From the sequence record SRR20825010_6182: a DNA stretch of 64,000 nt, one strand, 5' to 3'. The notes beneath the pieces are model-generated. The model made no database searches. It saw only the letters and a list, made by a program, of their open reading frames with translations, and was not told where the DNA came from. The first letter of the stretch is position 1; each line of letters starts with the position of its first letter. The translations under genes were made by a program, and so were the position numbers. This document shows, piece after piece, positions 34,401 through 42,250 of the stretch.

Positions 34401-34724
34401 TTTGGGTGCGGTACCAATACCAAACAGTATGTTGATTTCATGTGGTCGTATCCCGGCCAGACCGGATGTACCACCCCAGTAGTCGATTGCACCTGGCAAA
34501 ACAAAGGGAAAATCCTTTTGCTCTTCTGAATGGCCTATTAGGAAATATTTATCTTCCCAACCAAAGTCATGTTCTAAAAACTTCTGGTAATCTCCTTGGG
34601 ACAAAGCAAATTCTGCACTATTATTATCGGACTCTCCAATTTTCCATATAATTTCTTTTTGGGCGTGGCATGAAATAATGGTGGTTGCCATTACAAGAGC
34701 CGTGAGTATGGTATTCTTTTTCAT
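31482..34724 (-). CDS. GH92 family enzyme with N-terminal accessory domain (paralog of 22720-25917)
   Basis: RWMIAPGPWMP, FVEGNAWQ, GNQQ, GDEDQGQMSAW. Confidence 0.9.
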   Translation of the reverse strand: MKKNTILTALVMATTIISCHAQKEIIWKIGESDNNSAEFALSQGDYQKFLEHDFGWEDKYFLIGHSEEQKDFPFVLPGAIDYWGGTSGLAGIRPHEINILFGIGTAPKTNDWQLIVDILDCNPENPPYLKVTVNGKSWKYKLENGRNPEALKGQISNTKEQKISIPIPSDLIKKGGNHIQLTILEGSWLVFDQVRLEGPTKASLLGPKNAFVRNIVPAEYELDIKGKRYQPLLLDVQHLKGYPKIKVMLDGQQIFEEVVEHGRNIYEVPMTAVRKAKESSYTIYLNGEEIDKGAIPRTPQELHRLSDYVDTKIGTGHSRWMIAPGPWMPFGMVKISPDNQNGGWQAGYQPSFESVGTFSHIHEWTMAGLGTMPTNGPLITEIGNPEDPDSGYRSRIDKSSEQAPLGYYSVLLSDYNIKAELTATTRASFQRYTYPQNEPQSRILIDLQIPSEYSYQLEETYFEKVNDHKIVGYSKQVSPSVWGEGYYRKQFIEDGDKPKEWDDIAQEYTVHFVMEFDQPIKRFGIWTDGQEEGNKDVSTIDNVNQLTLKNPDDVVGFVEFNTRDNQVVQTRTAISYVSIDNATLNLQEEITKPFGWSFDKVRENQEKAWNKLLERVVITSNDRLEKTKFYSNMYRALVSRNIFSDVDGSWVDAEENIQKITDPNGVALGCDAFWNTFWNLNQFWNLATPDWSSKWVNSQLAMYDANGWLAKGPAGMEYIPVMVAEHEIPLIVGAYQMGVGNIDAEKAFEAVYKMQTTTGQKVGNGYAGNRDLEPYLKYKYVPYNKGRFSNTLEYSFDDFAVSQLAKALGKDKEYSEFIKRGYWWKNAINPENGFAHLRHSNGSWYPDFDPIKTAGNFQFVEGNAWQLTFFVPQDVPALASIIGEEEFAERLDGGFKVSSPWRYNAPNEMYWDFPVTQGNQQSMHFSFLFNWVKKPWLTQKWSRDIMDRYYGHGISNAYLGDEDQGQMSAWFLMSAMGLFQTDGGTRTQPIYEIGSPLYERIEIDLGNQYNRGKTFVIEAKNTSFQNKYVQNATLNGNKLSNFWFPASELLKGGKLELEMGPEPNKSWGVKALPPSMSNSK

Positions 34725-34737
34725 ATCATAGTCCTAT

Positions 34738-36507
34738 TTAACAAGCTTCATCTTTAACAAAAGAAACGATCACTTTGGCCGTACCTTCCATTTTGTTTAT
34801 TAAACGATATTTGTTGGCGGCTGCCGGTACCGCAAAAGTTTCTGCATATTGAAAAGTTTGGGCAGGATAATCATTGGGAATTAGTTCAATTGACCCACCT
34901 TCAACCAGCATTAATATATGACATTGATCATTTGTGTTTATTGTTATTTCACCTTCAAATTCGTATCGGTAAATATCATAGAAATGGTCAGGATGGGTGG
35001 GCAGGTGTATTTTTTTCCAATCAGGGCCACTGCTTTCCAAATAAGGTTTTGAAACTAATGTTTCTTGAACATTGCTTCCCTTTCTGTCAAAGTTTAGGTT
35101 TTTGAAGGCATGGTCAATGTTCATTGGGCGGGGTTTGCCATCTAAATCCATGCGTTGCCAGTCATACATCTTAAAGGTAAAAATATAGGGAGTCGCACTT
35201 ATTTCAAGTACCATGTTATTTATTCCGGAACAATGAACAGTCCCATGAGGTATTAAGAAAAGGTCATGTTTTTTGACAGGAAGCTTTTGGATATATTTTT
35301 CTACATCCAACACTTCTTTTGTTTCAAAACTATGTTCCAGAGCTTGTTTAAATTCCTGTGGATTAATGTTTTCCTGAAAACCGAGATAAACATCGGCATC
35401 TTCAGCTGCGTCCATAATATAATAAGTCTCATCTTGAGTGAAGTTTTCACCGAATTCCATTTTTATATAATCTGGTTTGGGATGACATTGGACCGATAGG
35501 TTTCCACCATCAAAAGTGTCCAGAAAATCAAAACGTATCGGGAATTCATCCTGAAAGCGTTGTGCCGCCTTTCCTAGGACATTGTCACGCTCCTGGAACA
35601 TTAGCATATCAAAAGAAACTTCCAAAAGCTTGTCATTATTTTCCAGAAGAAGTCCGTTTTCAGGTACTATCATTTCAAATGACCAAGCGTAATTGGGGAC
35701 ATCGGGATTAAGTCCTGTGAATCGTTCTTTCATCCATTGACCACCCCAAACTCCAGGCTCAAACCACGGTCGTACCCTAAAATAATGGGTAGACATCTGG
35801 GATAGGCTTCCACGAACTGCAGAGCCGGTAGTCCACGTCGGATTACCTGGTCTTTGTTGATCTACGATAATATCCATTTTAGGTAGTAATCTTTTCTTCT
35901 CCCTATTGAGAACAATCCAATCCACAAAATAAAACTGTTTGTACATTTGTTTTGGAGTATTCCAAATTGTAATGCCTAAATTGCTAATAGAGCTTGAACG
36001 CATTCTAAACTGAAGTTCATTTTTAGGCAGATCAAAATATACCAAGTGGCCCTTTATCTTGGTTTGGCTCGCTCCCGTGCCATAGATAATGGTTATATCG
36101 TAATCTTGTGAGATTTTAATACCGTCAATTTTTGCCTGGTCAAAATAGTCGCAAAGGGTAAGGGTGGTTCTGTAGCCAAATATGGAATCGGAATCCCTTA
36201 AGAAAGGAAGTACCATTTTTTGAATTTCGCTTTCTTCTTTCAAGAAATTATTGACATTAACCATTTTAATTTTAAACCCCATACTCTCTATAAGATTTTT
36301 CAAGGTGGAGCTGACCTCATCCCAATCTACGCCTATGTATCCATCAAGAATAACTACTTTTTCCTTTGAGATGACCTTGGCAAGGCTCTCATAGCCAGCC
36401 TCAATTATTCCATCTTTTAAGGGAAAAGCTGGATAAATGTCATAAGATTCTAAACTTTGGGTCTCTTTCTCTATAGGGATTAATAACTGACTGGTATTTC
36501 TTTTCAT
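34738..36507 (-). CDS. Class I mannose-6-phosphate isomerase-like cupin with about 240 aa N-terminal extension (ATG 36507; ORF track starts at TTG 36525)
   Basis: PGVWGG, LSVQCHP, QDETYY, GTVH zinc-ligand motifs. Confidence 0.82.
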   Translation of the reverse strand: MKRNTSQLLIPIEKETQSLESYDIYPAFPLKDGIIEAGYESLAKVISKEKVVILDGYIGVDWDEVSSTLKNLIESMGFKIKMVNVNNFLKEESEIQKMVLPFLRDSDSIFGYRTTLTLCDYFDQAKIDGIKISQDYDITIIYGTGASQTKIKGHLVYFDLPKNELQFRMRSSSISNLGITIWNTPKQMYKQFYFVDWIVLNREKKRLLPKMDIIVDQQRPGNPTWTTGSAVRGSLSQMSTHYFRVRPWFEPGVWGGQWMKERFTGLNPDVPNYAWSFEMIVPENGLLLENNDKLLEVSFDMLMFQERDNVLGKAAQRFQDEFPIRFDFLDTFDGGNLSVQCHPKPDYIKMEFGENFTQDETYYIMDAAEDADVYLGFQENINPQEFKQALEHSFETKEVLDVEKYIQKLPVKKHDLFLIPHGTVHCSGINNMVLEISATPYIFTFKMYDWQRMDLDGKPRPMNIDHAFKNLNFDRKGSNVQETLVSKPYLESSGPDWKKIHLPTHPDHFYDIYRYEFEGEITINTNDQCHILMLVEGGSIELIPNDYPAQTFQYAETFAVPAAANKYRLINKMEGTAKVIVSFVKDEAC

Positions 36508-36546
36508 TTTATAGTATTTGGACAATGTAATTTTTTGCTAATATAA

Positions 36547-36573
36547 CAAATATATGTATATATGTATGGACAT
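36547..36573 (-). promoter_or_regulatory. Putative GntR operator (36554-36573) abutting a -7 element TATATTTG (36547-36554, minus strand)
   Basis: ATGTATATATGTATGGACAT at the head of the leftward operon. Confidence 0.7.
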
Positions 36574-37121
36574 ATGATTGTTTTGTATTTAAAGTATGTT
36601 TTCTACAAGAAGTTTTTAACTGAACCCCACCTAAGGGGAATTGTTAACTTATAGGCATCTTCCACGCTATTTGTTTTTTAGAATAAACTCATACCATATA
36701 TCTTAAACCTACAATGGTTTTGTCGGCATCCCATTAGGAAAGTCATTCGTTCTGGTATTTTAATAGTATTTGAAAATGCAACAATGATTTAGGTTAATAT
36801 TTCCTTTTAATAGACATATAAATTTTTTGAACTGCTCACGGGTATAATAGGCTGATAACCATTTACTTCTCGATATATATTATTTGGAAATTATGTTTTG
36901 CTGAGCTTATAGGGTTTGACTTATCACGATTATTGTTCTCAAATCCTTATAAATGATATAATATTTGGCATTTAAAATCTTTCCCTTTAACCTGTAATAT
37001 AGATAATATTATAGGGCATTCATTAATAATTTTGTAGTTTGAAGCGTTAATAATGATTATATCACAAAATAAATGGCTCTAATATTTTGTTTTCTAAAAA
37101 TAAATATTTAATATTGAAATT

Positions 37122-37137
37122 CCTAAACCGCTTTAGT
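37122..37137. promoter_or_regulatory. Putative LacI operator CCTAAACCGCTTTAGT
   Basis: Variant of the five-copy palindrome. Confidence 0.7.
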
Positions 37138-37243
37138 TATTTAATGTTGGGCAGGATTAAGTTGTTGGTTTTAATTAAAAGAATAGCAAGAGTGGCTTGT
37201 AACGGTTAAATAGAGTTGGTTAAAATATATGGTTTAGTGGTAA

Positions 37244-37263
37244 TAACTAAACCGATTTAGTTA
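37244..37263. promoter_or_regulatory. Putative LacI operator TAACTAAACCGATTTAGTTA
   Basis: 20-bp near-perfect palindrome with central CG, 9 bp before the lacI ATG. Confidence 0.85.
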
Positions 37264-37272
37264 TTGTTCGAT

Positions 37273-38295
37273 ATGAAGAAGGTTTTCTTAAAGGATATTG
37301 CAAAAAAACTGAACGTTTCCAAAACGGCAGTATCATTGGTATTGAATAACAAAGGGGATGAAAACAAAATCAGTCAGGAAACTCAGAAAAAAATTATCGA
37401 TTATGCCAAGAAGCACAATTATGTTCCAAACCAACTCGCACGTGGTTTAAGTAGAGGGAAAAGTGAAACCATAGGGTTGATTATTCCCAATATTTCGGAT
37501 ACTTTCTATTCTAAGATTGCCTGGTATGTAGAATTAAAGGCTAAAATGTTAGGGTATACCGTTCTATTTAGTAGTTCCAATGAGGATCCTAAAAAGGAGG
37601 GTGAATTGATCCGGTCTATGCTCAATCGCCAAGTGGAAGGATTGATAATCGCCTCGACTCAACATAACCTAAAAGAGATTGAGTCCTTAAAAGAGGATAA
37701 GTTCCCTTTTGTTTTGATAGATAGGCATTATCCTGAAAGCGAGACCAACTATGTAATTGTAGATAATTTTAATGGGTCAAGAACGGTCACAGAACATTTA
37801 TTGAAATTGGGGAGGCGAAAAATTGGGTTTATTACCTTAAAGCCAGGTTTGGAGGCAATAAGGCAAAGGTTGTTGGGGTATGAAAATGCGTTGAAAGACT
37901 TTGAGATAGAATTTAAGCAGCAACTTATAAAAGAGTTAAGCCCTGAAAATTATGAGGATGAAATAAAATTGGCAGTAAGTGAGCTAATAAAGTTTCCCAA
38001 TTCAGTAGATTCAATTGTGTTTTCAACGCACTACCTAACCTCTGTTGGTCTTCGGGAGCTTAAAAAATTCAATGTAAAAGTTCCTCAGGAAGTTGCCATC
38101 GTGAGTTTTGATGAATTGAGTGCCTTTGATTTAGTCGATCCACCTATTACTTCGGTTATTCAACCAGTAAAGGACATTAGTAATATTGCAGTGGAGATAT
38201 TAATAAATGAAATTGAGGGAATGAAAGAGAATATAGACAATACTAGGATTCTGGATTCTAAATTGGAAATAAGAAAATCATGTGGGACATTTTAA
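37273..38295 (+). CDS. LacI family transcriptional regulator
   Basis: LKDIAKKLNVSKTAVSLVLN HTH, YVPNQLARGL hinge, VPQEVAIVSFDE; ATG 37273 preferred over TTG 37264. Confidence 0.95.
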   Translation: MKKVFLKDIAKKLNVSKTAVSLVLNNKGDENKISQETQKKIIDYAKKHNYVPNQLARGLSRGKSETIGLIIPNISDTFYSKIAWYVELKAKMLGYTVLFSSSNEDPKKEGELIRSMLNRQVEGLIIASTQHNLKEIESLKEDKFPFVLIDRHYPESETNYVIVDNFNGSRTVTEHLLKLGRRKIGFITLKPGLEAIRQRLLGYENALKDFEIEFKQQLIKELSPENYEDEIKLAVSELIKFPNSVDSIVFSTHYLTSVGLRELKKFNVKVPQEVAIVSFDELSAFDLVDPPITSVIQPVKDISNIAVEILINEIEGMKENIDNTRILDSKLEIRKSCGTF

Positions 38296-38330
38296 TACTA
38301 GAAATTAACTGATCATTTTTTAAAACCAGA

Positions 38331-38350
38331 TAACTAAACCGATTTAGTTA
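38331..38350. promoter_or_regulatory. Putative LacI operator TAACTAAACCGATTTAGTTA
   Basis: Identical to 37244-37263; upstream of the first GH38. Confidence 0.85.
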
Positions 38351-38442
38351 TGATGGACTGTAGTATTGAAAAACTGAACATCATTATCCTGAAAACTACG
38401 TAGGAATTAAGAGTAACATTTTTAATATAGTAAAGCAAAATA

Positions 38443-41400
38443 ATGAAACGTCAAATTGTACTTGTATCAAAAGTTGTTTTAAGAAGTTGTTTATTCCTTA
38501 TGTTGGCCTCTGTGCATGCATATACCTTCGCAGGCAAGAGCACCCCTGGTAATTTGGAAAGTATGCCTTTTCACAAGGGTAATGGTAATGGACATATTCA
38601 AGAACTAAATACAAATCACAATTTATACAGTATTGCCAAAAATGATATTGAAGGATATAGTGAGATGCTCTCGGGATCGGAATTCTTCCTATACCCCTCA
38701 ATTCGGGAAGATGTAAATGTATCCATGATTGCAAGGGCAACTACAGGGCAGATGGGCTTTGAGTTTCTCACCGGTCAAGTCCCTTCAAATTATAAGGAGG
38801 AAACGGTTACTTTTTTTATGTTGAGCGATATAGACCTTAACTTACATGAGTCCTTTGACATACATGTAAATGACAAGCATTTGTTGACCTTTAATACCAA
38901 TGACGATGGCAGTTTGTCCATAACGCAAAACCCAGGAAAGGGCAAGGCCCAATTTATTATGGTGAGTAGGGATGCCAATGGTGATGGTATAGGGGCCTTT
39001 CGTTTAATGATACCTACTTCTTGGGTAGAAAAAGGAGAACGTGCCAAAATTAAATTCAACGGTCATAAAAAGAATTCCAACTGTTGGGTAATGATTTTTA
39101 AGGCAGCCGACGCTGTTTCAAGAATTAAGGAATCTGTTAAGAGTGAAGCGGCCTTTAATATTAAGGAGCAAAATGGTGTGCTATATGTAGATGCACCAGG
39201 CTTTTTTGAGGGTAAAAAGGTGTATGCGATAAGTGATGGCAAAAAAAGTAAAATAAAAACCTTTAAAGCACAGGGTGAGCTTTCTAAAGTGTCATTTAAT
39301 ATTGAATCGCCCAAGAAAGATTTTTCTATAGTTTATGATGACGCTGAATTGAATATTCTATTTGAAAATGGGGATGGAAAAATTTCAACAACCGATATAG
39401 TAGGTAATTATCTGCTTCATCATCAAACGAATTTTAGTGGAGATAGCTGGTATGCATCGTTGACCAAATTATACAAGCCTGAGTTTAATGAGACGTTTGA
39501 TGATTTTTTTGAGAAGAAGTATGAAGATGGATTAGTTTCCATAATGAATTCCAGCCACCAAGATATTGCTTGGGTAGATCGTCCGGAGGTATGTATCATT
39601 TTAAGGGATACATTATTGCTGGCACCTGTTTTAAAAGATGCCTTTATTAGGGATGATTACGGGTTTGATATTGAGGACGGACTTATGCTTCGAGAATACT
39701 TAGAGCGGCATCCGGAGTCAAAAGAACAGTTGACCACCCTGTTAAAAAGAAATTTAATATCGGTAGGGGCAACCTATAATTGTCCTTATGAAGACATGTA
39801 CGATGCCGAAGATCAGGTTAGACAATTGTACCTGGGCAAAAAATGGGTAAAAAAGAATTTTGGAGGCTATGATTCCAAGGTGTACTGGAATGTAGATGTG
39901 CCAGGTAAATCATTACAAACACCTCAAATCCTTAAAAAAGCGGGAGTAGACTACATGATTATAAGTCGGCATGCCAAAGGTATGTTTCATTGGGCCAGTC
40001 CTGATGGGAGTTCTGTATTTACTTATTCTCCCGGTCATTACGGTAATGATTTATTATATCTCTCGAGGGATATGAACAATAAATTAAAATATGCAGCGGA
40101 CCAAACCTTATACTGGGAAGATAGTTTTAAGGGAGGGGAAATTCAGACACCCTTATTGTCCAGTCAAGACATGTTACCGGCAATAGATTATTCTGATTTT
40201 ATAGAAAAATGGAACAATTTTGATTCAATTGTAGATGAAGATGGATCTACCAAAGAGTTGTTCTTGCCTAAAATGGAATTGAAGACCGTTGATGAGTTTA
40301 TGCCGTTGGCAGAAAAAAATGCCATTGAAATAGACACTATTATGGGCGAGCGTCCCAATGTTTGGGTTTACATTCACGGCCCTGGTCATCATGATGCCCT
40401 TACAGCAAGTAGGGAGGCGTCAAAACTAATTCCAGCAGCCGAGAAGTTTCTTTCAATTGCCAATATTTTAGAACCTCAAAAGATGCAATATCCTTTTGCA
40501 GAGCTTGACGAGGCATGGCAGGCAAAAATCTATCCAGATCATGGATGGGGTGGTCATGACGGTGATATTACCGATAATTTATTCAAAGAGAATTTGGTAA
40601 AGTCGAGAACCATGGGACAGAATTTATTAAACGAGGGAACAGAGTTTATTTCACGTCGTATCAAGAAAAATCAAAAACTGGGAATCCCCATAGTACTTTT
40701 TAACAGTCTGTCTTGGAAGAGAACAGATCCAGTTACCACTAAGATGGACTTTGTAAAGGGTAGGTTTAAGAATGTAGGGGTAATGACTGCCGGCAAGAAA
40801 AAGGTAGATGTGCAGATGAGCAGCCCTACATATTATGATGATGGTAGTTTAAAAAGTGCCGATATCACCTTTATTGCAGAAGATATTCCTTCTATTGGTT
40901 ATGCAACTTACTATGTTTTTGACGATAAATTGGGTAAAGCTAGTGATGATTCCTTAACGGAAAATGTTGGCACATATGAAAATGAATTTTATAGGCTTAG
41001 CTTTGAGAATGGAGGGATAGCCCAGGTATATGATAAGGAGTTTAAAAGAGAACTGTTCTTAAATGACAATTTTAAGGTGGGAGATGTATTTACCATGCAA
41101 TCTGTTGGAAATGGTGCAGGGGAATTTGGAGACGTACAACAACCCAGTATGGTGGACTTTGATAAGGTGAGTCTACATAAACCGGAGTGGGAGATTTTGG
41201 AAAATGGCCCAGTGTACACCAAATACAGATTGGAGCAGCAGGTATTGCACGCAATTGTTAGGCAAGAAGTTACGCTCTACCACAATTTAAAAAGGGTTTA
41301 TTTTGATACCAGTTTACGCAACTGGTCAGGGGAATTGTATAGGGAGTTTAGAACTGCATTTCCAGTAAATATGGAGAACCCCGAAATTGCACATGAAGTG

Positions 41401-42057
41401 CCCTTTGGTAGTGTTCGCGTGGGTAAGGACGAAATTAAAACAGCAGGGGAACGTTATACCCCGCTATGCAAAGATGTGCATCCAAGAGCCATAATCGATT
41501 GGATCTCAGCTACAGATGAAGAGCTTGCCATTACCCTAAGTTCATCGGTAGCCGCTGCAGATTGGATAGACCCTACCGACCACGATTCTAATCAATCTGT
41601 TTTGCAACATTTATTGTTGGCGAGCAGGACCTCATGCCATTGGGAAGGAAATGAGTATTCCCAAGCCGGTAATCACGATTTTACCAATGTGCTTACATCC
41701 AATAAATCAGGAAGTATAGTGGGGCAAAAAATTGCAAAACAGAAAAATGAACCTTTACATGTAGTGGTCTATCCGGATACTTCCAGGGACGCTTTCTTGC
41801 CTGAAACCAATAGTTTTTATGAAATCGATTCGGACAACGTATTAATAACCACCATAAAGAAGGCTGAGGATAACAATAATGTAATTGCCCGAATGTATAA
41901 TGTGAAAGATACAGAAGAGAAGGTCAACATGTCATCATATTTTGATATTAAAACCTATAATAAGACCAATATTATAGAAGAGTATCCGGAAGAGGTTTTA
42001 CCTCAATTAAAAGTGGGCAAGTACGCTATTGAGACATTCAGTTTAGAAGTAAAGTAG
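38443..42057 (+). CDS. GH38-like alpha-mannosidase-family enzyme with about 360 aa N-terminal extension
   Basis: Signal peptide; SHQDIAW, WNVDVPG, FHWASPDGS, FNSLSWKR, EVPFG, IKKAED motifs. Confidence 0.85.
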   Translation: MKRQIVLVSKVVLRSCLFLMLASVHAYTFAGKSTPGNLESMPFHKGNGNGHIQELNTNHNLYSIAKNDIEGYSEMLSGSEFFLYPSIREDVNVSMIARATTGQMGFEFLTGQVPSNYKEETVTFFMLSDIDLNLHESFDIHVNDKHLLTFNTNDDGSLSITQNPGKGKAQFIMVSRDANGDGIGAFRLMIPTSWVEKGERAKIKFNGHKKNSNCWVMIFKAADAVSRIKESVKSEAAFNIKEQNGVLYVDAPGFFEGKKVYAISDGKKSKIKTFKAQGELSKVSFNIESPKKDFSIVYDDAELNILFENGDGKISTTDIVGNYLLHHQTNFSGDSWYASLTKLYKPEFNETFDDFFEKKYEDGLVSIMNSSHQDIAWVDRPEVCIILRDTLLLAPVLKDAFIRDDYGFDIEDGLMLREYLERHPESKEQLTTLLKRNLISVGATYNCPYEDMYDAEDQVRQLYLGKKWVKKNFGGYDSKVYWNVDVPGKSLQTPQILKKAGVDYMIISRHAKGMFHWASPDGSSVFTYSPGHYGNDLLYLSRDMNNKLKYAADQTLYWEDSFKGGEIQTPLLSSQDMLPAIDYSDFIEKWNNFDSIVDEDGSTKELFLPKMELKTVDEFMPLAEKNAIEIDTIMGERPNVWVYIHGPGHHDALTASREASKLIPAAEKFLSIANILEPQKMQYPFAELDEAWQAKIYPDHGWGGHDGDITDNLFKENLVKSRTMGQNLLNEGTEFISRRIKKNQKLGIPIVLFNSLSWKRTDPVTTKMDFVKGRFKNVGVMTAGKKKVDVQMSSPTYYDDGSLKSADITFIAEDIPSIGYATYYVFDDKLGKASDDSLTENVGTYENEFYRLSFENGGIAQVYDKEFKRELFLNDNFKVGDVFTMQSVGNGAGEFGDVQQPSMVDFDKVSLHKPEWEILENGPVYTKYRLEQQVLHAIVRQEVTLYHNLKRVYFDTSLRNWSGELYREFRTAFPVNMENPEIAHEVPFGSVRVGKDEIKTAGERYTPLCKDVHPRAIIDWISATDEELAITLSSSVAAADWIDPTDHDSNQSVLQHLLLASRTSCHWEGNEYSQAGNHDFTNVLTSNKSGSIVGQKIAKQKNEPLHVVVYPDTSRDAFLPETNSFYEIDSDNVLITTIKKAEDNNNVIARMYNVKDTEEKVNMSSYFDIKTYNKTNIIEEYPEEVLPQLKVGKYAIETFSLEVK

Positions 42058-42089
42058 AGGGAATGATCAATTTTTAATACATAATCAAA

Positions 42090-42109
42090 TGACTAAACCG
42101 ATTTAGTTT
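42090..42109. promoter_or_regulatory. Putative LacI operator TGACTAAACCGATTTAGTTT
   Basis: Same 16-bp core; upstream of susC. Confidence 0.85.
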
Positions 42110-42127
42110 AACTTAAATGTGATTAAT

Positions 42128-42166
42128 ATGAAAGCTGAAATAGCAAAGAAAGGTGCACCACCCTGA
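42128..42166 (+). CDS. Candidate leader peptide MKAEIAKKGAPP
   Basis: 12-codon uORF between the operator and susC, ending Ala-Pro-Pro-stop. Confidence 0.35.
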   Translation: MKAEIAKKGAPP

Positions 42167-42250
42167 CAAAAGGGAATCACCATATTAATATCTGAAACGC
42201 AACAGTTATTAAAGAATTGAAAAACAGTAACTAAAACCAAAATGTGAATT

